Part shown: positions 1-8,201 of the stretch, one piece after another | Position numbering within the stretch: the first letter of the stretch is position 1 | How the letters are laid out: each line of letters starts with the position of its first letter | Source of the DNA: a virus | IMG/VR virus record: IMGVR_UViG_3300046463_000247 | Coordinates: 1 to 64,000 of that record | Length of the DNA: 64,000 nucleotides | Strand: one strand, 5' to 3' | Notes under the pieces: generated by a model | Database searches by the model: none | What the model was told of the DNA's origin: nothing | Seen by the model: the letters and a program-made list of their open reading frames with translations, nothing else | Program-made: the position numbers and the translations under genes

Positions 1-372
1 GCGGGCTTGCATAATTCCAGCTTCCCAGCCCTTGCGGAACGTGAATTGATCCGCGTGTTCGGGGAACTCGAAATTTCGGCGGAATGCTTCCTCAAACGCT
101 TCCCGCTCCCCAATCGCCCCATTGGCGGCGTCCTCACCTCTAGGCTGGGCGCGTCGATTCCACGCGGTCACAGCGGCTTTCGTGTGCAGGCCGTTCACAG
201 CGTCGAAACAGCCCATGCGGTTATTCGCGTAGCCTCGCGGACCCTCAACCAAGCAGGATTCGCAGCGCACGTAACCCACCCAGCGGGTTGCGTCCACGTC
301 CTCATATTCGTGCAGCGTGGCTTCCCCGCCACAGAACGGGCAGGCCGACAGAGGTTCTTTGTTCTCTTTCAC
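1..372 (-). CDS. Lar-family restriction alleviation protein (runs off left edge)
   Basis: Not in the ORF track; translated by hand from GTG at 372, overlapping the upstream stop (GTGA): MKENKEPLSACPFCGGEA...VRCESC...AVTAWNRR. CPFCG/CxxC/AWNRR is the Lar signature. Confidence 0.75.
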   Translation of the reverse strand, partial: MKENKEPLSACPFCGGEATLHEYEDVDATRWVGYVRCESCLVEGPRGYANNRMGCFDAVNGLHTKAAVTAWNRRAQPRGEDAANGAIGEREAFEEAFRRNFEFPEHADQFTFRKGWEAGIMQAR

Positions 373-680
373 AGCTTCTCCTTGAGGGGCTTAAAGCCCG
401 TGACGGTACTGCTACTGGCCGGGAAGTGCTTGCCCAGCGCCTGTCCGACCGTCACCGTGTCAGTCGAATAGATGCGGCGGTAGTGGTCCTCCGCGCCTGC
501 GTGCCCGAGCGCCGCGACCCAGCGCAGCCCGTCTTCCTTGCTCCACGGCGAGTGCCGCTTCGCCATGTACTCTTTCCAGTCGGCGCGGTCGATGCGGCTC
601 ACCAGGCCGAAGCGGTTGGATGTGCGGCAGTAGCCCGCCGACACCAGTTCCTCGACCGTCTTCGCAGCGGACGGGCTCAT
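369..680 (-). CDS. hypothetical protein
   Basis: 103 aa; 4-bp start/stop overlaps with both neighbours. Confidence 0.7.
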   Translation of the reverse strand: MSPSAAKTVEELVSAGYCRTSNRFGLVSRIDRADWKEYMAKRHSPWSKEDGLRWVAALGHAGAEDHYRRIYSTDTVTVGQALGKHFPASSSTVTGFKPLKEKL

Positions 681-1069
681 GCTGCCGCCTTATTATTCTG
701 GGTCACGCGCTTGGACTTCTCGCCCGTCTTGATCAGATACTCGTCGCGGTTGCCGACGATCCAGCCGGGCTGGTGGCCGCGCCCGCTCCACGTCTTGCCG
801 CTCTTCGGGTCGATGTACTTCGGCGGCGACGGCACCTTGGGCTTCTTCACCGCGAACGTGGCTTCGGCCTTCTTCACCTTGGCGGGTGGCACGATCTGCG
901 TCTTCACGAACCCTAGGTCGTACGGTGACAGTTCGAATTCGGCGATCAGTTCCAGGCAGGTGCTGATGGCTTCGCGGGTTTCTTCGATGCGGGCCTCCTG
1001 CACTTCTTTTTGCAGGGCTTCCAGCTTCGCCTTCAGGTCGCGGTAACGTGACACTTTCTTCTTCTCCAT
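677..1069 (-). CDS. hns: H-NS family nucleoid-associated protein
   Basis: N-terminal coiled coil plus PPKYIDPKSGKTWSGRGHQPGWI DNA-binding motif; start reassigned to ATG 1069. Confidence 0.9.
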   Translation of the reverse strand: MEKKKVSRYRDLKAKLEALQKEVQEARIEETREAISTCLELIAEFELSPYDLGFVKTQIVPPAKVKKAEATFAVKKPKVPSPPKYIDPKSGKTWSGRGHQPGWIVGNRDEYLIKTGEKSKRVTQNNKAAA

Positions 1070-1104
1070 TTCGTTCGGGGTAATTGCAATTGATTGCAGG
1101 ACGC

Positions 1105-1305
1105 TCACCAGTTTCCCCCGGCAGTTTCTGCGGACCCGAAACAGCACGGGCCGCAGAGATCGGTCGGGTACACGGTCGGCGTGCACTCGCAGTTCATGCA
1201 CGGCGTGTCCCAGTTCTTGTCGCCGTGCTTCAGATTCGGAATAGGCTTCGCGATGTGCGGCACCGGGGCCATGTTCTTCAGCTTGTTGCCATAAGGGTCG
1301 CTCAT
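1105..1305 (-). CDS. small Cys-rich protein
   Basis: 66 aa, CxxCxC...CGPCC; ATGA overlap with upstream gene. Confidence 0.6.
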   Translation of the reverse strand: MSDPYGNKLKNMAPVPHIAKPIPNLKHGDKNWDTPCMNCECTPTVYPTDLCGPCCFGSAETAGGNW

Positions 1306-1781
1306 TGCACTACGCTCCGCTTCAGGCTGAACGGCGGCACGTAGCGGCGATAGAAGCTACGGCTGCTCAGGTACGCGTCCATGTCGAATGTGCGCGGGTT
1401 GATGTACTGGGCCAGTTCCGGGTTGGCCGCGATCATGCGCCGCTCCACCGCAGCGAAATCCACGCCCATTTCCAGCGGCATCATCGCCGCGTCGCCGTAT
1501 CGTTGTCCGCCGTACACGGAGAAGAACGAGGACCACTGGCCCATCGCACGGTTGCCCGCCTCGGCCTGCTCGTGGAAGTTGGTCACGCGACCGGTCGGCG
1601 ACAGGCCCTTGTCGAACAGCCGCTTCACCAGCGGGTTGGCCTTCGGCAGGTTATTGATGGTCGGGTTGTACAGGTCGAGGAAGTTCGCGGTCTTCCCGAC
1701 TTTGCGCTGCTCTTCGGTCACGTCTTCCGGGCGGACGCCAAACAGGCGGGCGGCGGTGTCGCGGTGCAGGTCTTGGGTCAT
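1302..1781 (-). CDS. small protein carrying family A DNA polymerase motif fragments
   Basis: DLHRDTAARLFG...VTEEQRKVGKTANF, then PTGRVT and DFAAVERR; ATG 1781 overlaps the upstream stop. Confidence 0.65.
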   Translation of the reverse strand: MTQDLHRDTAARLFGVRPEDVTEEQRKVGKTANFLDLYNPTINNLPKANPLVKRLFDKGLSPTGRVTNFHEQAEAGNRAMGQWSSFFSVYGGQRYGDAAMMPLEMGVDFAAVERRMIAANPELAQYINPRTFDMDAYLSSRSFYRRYVPPFSLKRSVVQ

Positions 1782-2074
1782 AGTGAGGTGTGCAGTCCGG
1801 TTGCTTCGGTAAACAGGGCGGGCAGGTGGTCGCCGTACACGTCGGCGTGAGTGCCCTTCAGCGTCGCGGTGGCCTTGTGGATGCCGTAAAACTCCACGGT
1901 GTACAGGTCGTTGGGCTGAAGCATCACCCGGACCTTGCGGATGCCGTTGGTGCGCGGGATGCTGAACTGGAGCCCGGCGTCCAGCGCCAGGAAGTTTCTG
2001 GCCCCGGTCATTGCTGCGAACCGGCGTCCACCGAACTGCCGGAGAATCGTCTCCGCGCGCTGCTTTTTGTCCAT
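1778..2074 (-). CDS. phage hypothetical protein
   Basis: 98 aa; AAGGAG RBS and promoter directly upstream. Confidence 0.8.
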   Translation of the reverse strand: MDKKQRAETILRQFGGRRFAAMTGARNFLALDAGLQFSIPRTNGIRKVRVMLQPNDLYTVEFYGIHKATATLKGTHADVYGDHLPALFTEATGLHTSL

Positions 2075-2119
2075 GTCGTCGCACTCCTTGCGGTTGACAC
2101 TGGGTTAGTCGATGAAAGT

Positions 2120-2148
2120 ATTGTCGCTAAACATCTGCGGATTGTCAA
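2120..2148 (-). promoter_or_regulatory. sigma70-type promoter
   Basis: TTGACA-N17-GACAAT. Confidence 0.7.
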
Positions 2149-2170
2149 ACACATTTGCAATCAATTGCAG

Positions 2171-3529
2171 CTACCCGAACAGGGTAGTCGCCGCGTGGCA
2201 GACGTTGCACAGCGTCACGTTCACCGTCCACGCCTGCCCGTCTACCGGGGACTCATATTGCAGGTGGTAGGCGTGCCGGGTCCGGTGCTCGACCGTCAGC
2301 GCGTCTACCGACACATTGGCAAGGGACGGCTTGTACCACGGGACGGGGTTATTCGAGTAGGCCATAACAGTTTCCCCGGGCGACGCCTCGACGGCGTAGC
2401 TGCACCCGCCGTTTGCACAGAAGCACTTCTGAACGTGCCCCAACCTCTTGAGGAAGTCCTGGTACGGGATGATGTGGCCTGTGTCGTAATGCAGCGTATG
2501 GGGCAGGTTCTTGTCGATCCCGTAGGCATAGAAGCATGTCTGGCAGAGGAACGCGTCCACGGGCTGTCCAAGCGTGGTTCCGGTCACCTTGTAACGCTTA
2601 AGCGACTCTGATTTGGTCAGGTAGACCGAGTACTCGCTATCCACCGTGTACTCGGGCAACGCCCTCCGCAGCGTGACCGGCTTGAACAGGCGGCACTGCT
2701 CGTTGTAGCAGAAGTGGTGCGGGTGCGTGAATGACACCTTCTTGCCAGGCGTGTCCGCCAGCGCCTTCGCGGGCACCGCGCCGGTCAACTCGTGGCTGGT
2801 TTTCAGTGCCGCCAAAAGTTTCTCCTTGTCCACGCTGATCGCGACCTTCAGTTCGCCTTGGAGTTTCGGATCGGGCTGCATGTAGTGCGTCGTGCCGGTC
2901 CCATGCGTCTGGTGCATCGGGGCGACTAGGTGCTTCTCACGACGGACAATCACCAGCCACACCAGGTTGTACTGGTCGTATTCGGCATCGGTCGCGCCTG
3001 CGTCGAGCCACACCTGCACCGTTGGGGGCACTATCAGTGCCTCGTTCACCACCTCTCGCGGGACCCTCAGAAGCGTGTAATGGGCGTTTCCGCTTGGGTT
3101 AGGCCCGGCCAGCATGGTCGTCGTCTCCCTGAACCAGTAGGACAGCCATGCCGCCGTCAGTGCCGTGCGCGGGTCCTCCGAGGTCAGCGAGACGCGTGGC
3201 GACCACCCTACCGTGACCTGATTCAGCGTCGGCGTGGGAGCGAAATACAGCGTGCACTCAGGCGTCTTATCCGCAGGATTCATCCACCATTCGGTCTTCA
3301 GGGCACCGCATTGCTGCCACAGGCTTGCCCAGTCGGTCTCGGTGTAGTGCTGCGCTTTATTCGCGTCGATTAGCCACGACGGGAGTTGCTTGGGCTGAAT
3401 AGACAGGCCGATACGATCCATGTGCGGGATGTACTTGCCGTTGATGTGCGCATGGTGGGCGACGAACAGCGCGAGGTACTGCGCGAACTGGCTGCTTGAA
3501 TTGGTGTTGACCAGCGGTTTTAACGGCAC
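2171..3529 (-). CDS. hypothetical protein with Cys/His clusters
   Basis: ~450 aa ORF; GTG 3529 follows AAGGAG; several Cys pairs in the C-terminal half. Confidence 0.7.
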   Translation of the reverse strand: MPLKPLVNTNSSSQFAQYLALFVAHHAHINGKYIPHMDRIGLSIQPKQLPSWLIDANKAQHYTETDWASLWQQCGALKTEWWMNPADKTPECTLYFAPTPTLNQVTVGWSPRVSLTSEDPRTALTAAWLSYWFRETTTMLAGPNPSGNAHYTLLRVPREVVNEALIVPPTVQVWLDAGATDAEYDQYNLVWLVIVRREKHLVAPMHQTHGTGTTHYMQPDPKLQGELKVAISVDKEKLLAALKTSHELTGAVPAKALADTPGKKVSFTHPHHFCYNEQCRLFKPVTLRRALPEYTVDSEYSVYLTKSESLKRYKVTGTTLGQPVDAFLCQTCFYAYGIDKNLPHTLHYDTGHIIPYQDFLKRLGHVQKCFCANGGCSYAVEASPGETVMAYSNNPVPWYKPSLANVSVDALTVEHRTRHAYHLQYESPVDGQAWTVNVTLCNVCHAATTLFG

Positions 3530-3564
3530 GAAAGGCACTCCTTGCCCGGTTTATTCACCCGGTC

Positions 3565-3592
3565 AGTATAGCCTACCGACCGGGATTGTCAA
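3565..3592 (-). promoter_or_regulatory. sigma70-type promoter
   Basis: TTGACA-N16-TATACT. Confidence 0.7.
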
Positions 3593-3595
3593 ACA

Positions 3596-5161
3596 TTAGC
3601 TGAGGTCCCGGCCCAGATACTTGCCGAATACCTCGCGGGCGCGTACCGCCAGCCCCATGCGCGAACCGTCCTTGTACGGCAGGTCGAATTCGAGGTCAAT
3701 GGCCTCCTTCAGCAGCCGGTCGGGCACGCGGCGCGCGTGACGGCATTCCGCGTAGCAGTTCGCCTCTGCCGCCTTGACTTCGACCTTGGCGAAGAACACG
3801 TCCAGCATCTTCTTCAGTTCCTCTGGCTCGAAGAACTTCTGGGCCTTGAAGAAGCGCGTGTCGTTGCCCAGCGTCACGTTCGGCTCGGCGTTGTTGACGC
3901 GCAGGTGGTTGCCGATCTTGAAGCCCTGAAGCGTCTTGGCGTGCTGGGTGCCGATGAACACGCCCGTCGAGTACCGCGACATCGCCGCGAGGATCGTCAG
4001 GTAGGCCATGCGGTCTTCGTGGTGCGGGATCGAGTTCAGCACGAAGCTGCTGATGATGCTGTCCGGCCCGCTTCCCGCGTCCGCCAGCGCCTCCAGACGG
4101 TCCAGGTAGGCACTGATCAGCGCCCGGCTCGCGTTCGGGTCCACGTCGGTCGTCTCGGGCGGGCTGTAGTACGGCTCGAACGGGGTGCAGTCGAACCCGG
4201 CTTCCCGCATCATCGTCGCGTCGTGCAGCGTGCCCGCGCCCATGTCGAAGATCACCTTGCCGTAGCGCCGCGCGAACGCCGCGCGTGAGTCCTCGTTGTT
4301 GGTCGGCAGCAGCGCAAGGTCGGAATTGACGTTGCCGTCGATCACCTGCTTCGTGTTCATCGTGTTGCTGATGATCCGGCCATAGACGAAGTACGGGTAG
4401 GTGCGCGACAGCCCGTGAATCTGCGCCTGCACCGACTTGCGGCGAAACGCGTTGAAGCGCAGTTCTTCGCGGAAATGGGACTGGATGTCGAAGTCCATCG
4501 CGAGGAAGTTCAGCGCCATGTAGGCGAAGTCCGCCGCCGCTTCGGGCACCTCCACCACGTCGAGCATGTCCACGCCCTTGCCGTAGTAGCCGTGCGCGCG
4601 GCCCGCACCGTTCAGCAGCCGGTTGCCGCAGACCACGAGGGGCATGTAGACCCGCGCGTCCACCAGCGCCCCGCCACCGGCCCTCACGTTCTCCGTCACG
4701 TCAGGACCCGCCATCCCCACGGCCTCCTGTGCCGACATCGTGCGCAGCGCGTCGATGCACGGGTAGTAGGTGTCGGGCTCGATGTCCGGCAGGTTCGCCG
4801 TCAGGTTGGTGGCCTTCTCCAGGTACTCGGTGAACGCCCGCTTCGCGTCGGTCGCGAACGTGTCCATGTCGTTGGTGCCCTTGTTGAAGAGCACGTTCAG
4901 CCCCTTCTCCTGGTCGTCGGGCACGTCGAGTTCGACCACCGGCACCTTCGTGTAGCCCACCATCTTGGCGGCGGTCGTGCGCTGGTGGCCCGACAGGATC
5001 ACGCCGTTCTTGTTGACGAAGATCGGCAGCACGAAGCCAAGCTTGCGCAGCGAGATCGCGACCTGCTGTAGCCGCTCCGGCACCATCTTGCGGGGGTTGT
5101 ACTCCGCGCCGTGGAACGTGCTGATGTCCCGCAGCACGACCGGGTTGCTTGCGTGCTTCAT
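3596..5161 (-). CDS. ParB/Srx N-terminal domain fused to SAM-dependent methyltransferase-like domain
   Basis: YNPRKM...ILSGHQR (ParB-like); IFDMGAG (SAM-binding motif I) and SSFVLNSI; start ATG 5161 overlaps the upstream stop. Confidence 0.75.
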   Translation of the reverse strand: MKHASNPVVLRDISTFHGAEYNPRKMVPERLQQVAISLRKLGFVLPIFVNKNGVILSGHQRTTAAKMVGYTKVPVVELDVPDDQEKGLNVLFNKGTNDMDTFATDAKRAFTEYLEKATNLTANLPDIEPDTYYPCIDALRTMSAQEAVGMAGPDVTENVRAGGGALVDARVYMPLVVCGNRLLNGAGRAHGYYGKGVDMLDVVEVPEAAADFAYMALNFLAMDFDIQSHFREELRFNAFRRKSVQAQIHGLSRTYPYFVYGRIISNTMNTKQVIDGNVNSDLALLPTNNEDSRAAFARRYGKVIFDMGAGTLHDATMMREAGFDCTPFEPYYSPPETTDVDPNASRALISAYLDRLEALADAGSGPDSIISSFVLNSIPHHEDRMAYLTILAAMSRYSTGVFIGTQHAKTLQGFKIGNHLRVNNAEPNVTLGNDTRFFKAQKFFEPEELKKMLDVFFAKVEVKAAEANCYAECRHARRVPDRLLKEAIDLEFDLPYKDGSRMGLAVRAREVFGKYLGRDLS

Positions 5162-5880
5162 TCTGCCGTGCCCCCCGGCTGGGCGACCGGCTGCTGCGCG
5201 TTTGCAATTGATTGCAGCGACTCGGCAGACGGCCCGCCGATGGTCGAGACGGTGAAGCCCAGACGGCGTGCGATTTCGTTCACCAGGTCGGCGCGGCGCG
5301 GAAAGTCCTTCAGCAGGCTTGCTTCCCACTGCTTGTAGTCGTTCACGTGCACCTTGAACTTGTACAGGCCGATGTTCAGCACGATATGCTCGCGGCTGAT
5401 GACCTGCTTATTGCTCGCCACCGATCCGCACACCGCCTCGTAGCTGAGGTCCTTCAGGCAGTCCGCGTCAATCTGGCCGCACAGGCAGTCCAGTTCTTCC
5501 TTGCTGAAGCCGGTCGATTCGAGGTCGAAGCCCAGTTCGCCCAGCAGCCGCAGTTCTTCCGACAGCTTCGATTCGTCCCACTTCGCGTTCTCCGACACGC
5601 GGTTATCGGCGAGGCGGAACGCCTTGATCTGCGCGTCGCTCAGGTGGTCCGCCGTGATGGTAGCGACTTCCGTCAGACCCAGTTCCGTGCTGGCGCGGTA
5701 GCGCGTGTGGCCGGTGACGATCACGCCGTCCTTGTCCACCACAATCGGCACGAGGAAGCCGAAGTCCTCAATTGACTTCTTCACGCCCGCCACGGCTTCG
5801 TCGTTCACGCGCGGGTTGTTCCAGTACGGCTTGACCTCGCCCAGCGCGCGATAGACGATTGCGATCTTGTTCTGTTCCAT
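5158..5880 (-). CDS. ParB/Srx-domain protein
   Basis: PYWNNPR..FGFLVPIVVD..IVTGHTR..AFRLADNR. Confidence 0.85.
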   Translation of the reverse strand: MEQNKIAIVYRALGEVKPYWNNPRVNDEAVAGVKKSIEDFGFLVPIVVDKDGVIVTGHTRYRASTELGLTEVATITADHLSDAQIKAFRLADNRVSENAKWDESKLSEELRLLGELGFDLESTGFSKEELDCLCGQIDADCLKDLSYEAVCGSVASNKQVISREHIVLNIGLYKFKVHVNDYKQWEASLLKDFPRRADLVNEIARRLGFTVSTIGGPSAESLQSIANAQQPVAQPGGTAE

Positions 5881-5895
5881 GCGTTACCCCTTGAG

Positions 5896-7092
5896 TTATT
5901 CGAGCCCGGCCATCGTGGCGCGGATGTTGTCGTCCTGCAAAATCGGGTTCTCCAGGCGAATCTTGCCGATGCCCGCGCCCGTGTAGAAGCCCACCTTCTT
6001 CGCCTTGTCATGCCAGCTTCCGCCCGACACGTAGCGGTCGAGCAGCGCATAGTACAGCGGCTTGCTGGTCTCGACCGGCGTCACTTCCAGACTCAGGCCC
6101 AGCAGGAATTCGAGCACGTCGCGGTTCACGAACAGGTCGGTCGTGCGCAGCGGCTGGAACACCTTGTAGACCATCAGGTTGTTCGGCAGCGTGTATAGCT
6201 GGTGATCAATCCGGTACTTCGACCACTTCTGCGAGGTCGGGTAGTCCTCGGCCTTCAGGAACTTGCCGGTCGTCATGATGTCGTTGCCCAGCACCACGTC
6301 GGCGAGGTCGGCGGCAGCGATCCACTCGGCCCCGATGCCCTCGGCGAAGCGCGCGACCACGCGGTTGCACATGCCCATCAGCACGTTGCTGTAGTCCGTC
6401 ATTTCAATATGGGCCAGCGTCTCGGCCAGCAGCGATTGCAGGCCCTCGTCGTCGCCCGGGAGCGGCAGGAAGTGGTACTCCAGACCCAGTTGCTCGGCGT
6501 ACTTGCGCGCGTAGCTGGGATCGAAGTCTTCCTCGGTGCGGCCCACGCAGACGCACACCTGGTCGATGCCCGCGTGCTTGAGCGCCAGCGCGGTTAGCAG
6601 ACCGTCGGTGCCGCCGCTGATGGTCGTGACGACCTTCTTGCCGCGCAGGAACTCGGCAGCGCCCACCAGCCGTTTCAGAAGCTCCGATGCGGCCTCGTCC
6701 ATCGGCATCTTCCAGTTCGGTTCGGGCTTGATGATGTCGAGCACGTAGCGGCGCAGGCCCTTGGCCGACAGGTGGTAGCCGACGCCTTCCTTGCAGCGCA
6801 CGATGTCCTTGATCTTGAAGCCGTTCGCCTGGACGAATGCCTTGATCGACGTGTAGGACTGGGAGAAGTGTAGTTCGCCTTCCCGGTGCACGTAGTACAG
6901 CGGGATCATGCCGGGGGCGGACTGGTACAGGTAGCAGGCGCGCGGCCCGCCGTATGCCTTGAAGGCGACGCCGCCAATCGGGGCGATCAGGCCCGCGCCG
7001 AAGTTGCGTTGCTCGCGGATCGCGGAGTCGTGCTCTTCGTAGTGGAAGGACTGCGGGTCAGAAACCGACCACGACTGAACGGTTTTTAGCAT
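5896..7092 (-). CDS. asparagine synthase-like PP-loop ATPase/amide ligase
   Basis: Degenerate AsnB N-domain (PLYY...FSQS), PP-loop ISGGTDG, DPSYARKYAEQLGLEYH. Confidence 0.7.
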   Translation of the reverse strand: MLKTVQSWSVSDPQSFHYEEHDSAIREQRNFGAGLIAPIGGVAFKAYGGPRACYLYQSAPGMIPLYYVHREGELHFSQSYTSIKAFVQANGFKIKDIVRCKEGVGYHLSAKGLRRYVLDIIKPEPNWKMPMDEAASELLKRLVGAAEFLRGKKVVTTISGGTDGLLTALALKHAGIDQVCVCVGRTEEDFDPSYARKYAEQLGLEYHFLPLPGDDEGLQSLLAETLAHIEMTDYSNVLMGMCNRVVARFAEGIGAEWIAAADLADVVLGNDIMTTGKFLKAEDYPTSQKWSKYRIDHQLYTLPNNLMVYKVFQPLRTTDLFVNRDVLEFLLGLSLEVTPVETSKPLYYALLDRYVSGGSWHDKAKKVGFYTGAGIGKIRLENPILQDDNIRATMAGLE

Positions 7093-7122
7093 GTCTGGCT
7101 TCGTAAAGTGTAAAGGTGCCGA

Positions 7123-7151
7123 AGTGTAGCGCCTTCACTTCGCGAAGCCAA
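7123..7151 (-). promoter_or_regulatory. sigma70-type promoter
   Basis: TTGGCT-N17-TACACT; a 14-bp repeat copy lies just upstream of -35. Confidence 0.5.
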
Positions 7152-7175
7152 CTTTTTGCAATTGATTGCAGCGGG

Positions 7176-8048
7176 TTAGCTCCAGTACATCTTGCCGCCC
7201 GTGGCGCTCGGGTGAAACTTGGGGAAGTCTACGCCCACCTCGTGCAGATTAGCGCCAGCCGCGAGCGCGGCAGGGTACTCCTTCTGCCAGTAGTACTCTC
7301 CCATGTGCGTGACCCGGTTGCCCCCGCCCTCACCTTCCCCGTTGGGCACCCATTCCAGCCATACGCGGCGCGGCTTCGGGCAGACCTCGATGCAGAACAC
7401 GTTGCTCTTTTTCCACATCATCAGCAGGTCCACGTCGCAGTTCAGCATGATCCAGCGCGCGAAATCCTCCTTGCTCACCTCACCGTCCTCGACGCAGAAC
7501 GGCAGGATGTCCACGCGCGCACAGGGCTGGTTGCCGAAGGTGCCCCGGTCCCACTGGTGCGGGTCATGGCTGGTGGACTTCTTCGCGGGTGGATACCCGG
7601 CCTCGATCAGCGCGCGGCTCTGGTAACCGTAGGTGATCGCGAAGCGCCCGAACTGCGCCAGCACCGGCTCCAGCACGCGCTCGCAGATGGCCCGGCCACC
7701 GGCAATCGCCAGTTCGAGGTTGTCGCTCGGGAAGTTCGGAATGCCCAGCGCATCAGCGCGGTTCGAATACAGGAAGTCCCGCAGGATGAAGTTCTTGGAC
7801 AGGCGGGTGCGGCTCTGTTGCTCGCGCATGGCGATCAGGGCGTGGCTGTCCTTGCTGATTTGATACGGCATGCTCGCCTTTATGGTCGGTTGGTCCCCGC
7901 ACACCTGGTCGATGTGCTTGCAGCGTTTGTGCGCCTTGACGAAGCGTGGGCACGTGCAGGTCTTGCGGACGGGATCGACATGATAGATCACGGAAGGGTT
8001 GCTCTCGCTTTGCACCTCAACGAGCCCTTCAAACAGCGATCCCTGCAT
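7176..8048 (-). CDS. SWIM zinc finger fused to peptidase M15-like domain
   Basis: CTCPRF..CKH (SWIM); RLSKNFILRDFLYS..IPNFP..VLEP..ITYGYQS..H..D. Confidence 0.6.
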   Translation of the reverse strand: MQGSLFEGLVEVQSESNPSVIYHVDPVRKTCTCPRFVKAHKRCKHIDQVCGDQPTIKASMPYQISKDSHALIAMREQQSRTRLSKNFILRDFLYSNRADALGIPNFPSDNLELAIAGGRAICERVLEPVLAQFGRFAITYGYQSRALIEAGYPPAKKSTSHDPHQWDRGTFGNQPCARVDILPFCVEDGEVSKEDFARWIMLNCDVDLLMMWKKSNVFCIEVCPKPRRVWLEWVPNGEGEGGGNRVTHMGEYYWQKEYPAALAAGANLHEVGVDFPKFHPSATGGKMYWS

Positions 8049-8085
8049 GGTTTATCCCTCATGGTTCCGTTTAGCACCTATAAGC

Positions 8086-8114
8086 ATTCTCGCACAACCG
8101 CGCCGGATTGTCAA
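8086..8114 (-). promoter_or_regulatory. sigma70-type promoter
   Basis: TTGACA-N17-GAGAAT. Confidence 0.65.
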
Positions 8115-8125
8115 ACGCACGGGCG

Positions 8126-8161
8126 AAAAAAGACCCCGGGTCCTTGGCGTGACGCGGGGTC
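8126..8161 (-). terminator. intrinsic terminator
   Basis: GACCCCG...CGGGGTC stem followed by a T-run on the minus strand. Confidence 0.6.
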
Positions 8162-8201
8162 GTGCTGCGATGCTACTGTGTGAGAGCGGCGCGATTCTAG
8201 C

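Noticed and set aside
1070-1201. N-terminal extensions given by the ORF track (hns, ruvC, initiator, 35528-36634 and others)
   Set aside because: They overlap upstream genes or start inside the repeat motif; downstream starts fit RBS and gene packing better.
5158-5880. Classical ParABS partition system
   Set aside because: No ParA in the window, no clear HTH in the ParB-like proteins, and the repeat does not match the canonical chromosomal parS; kept only as one hypothesis.
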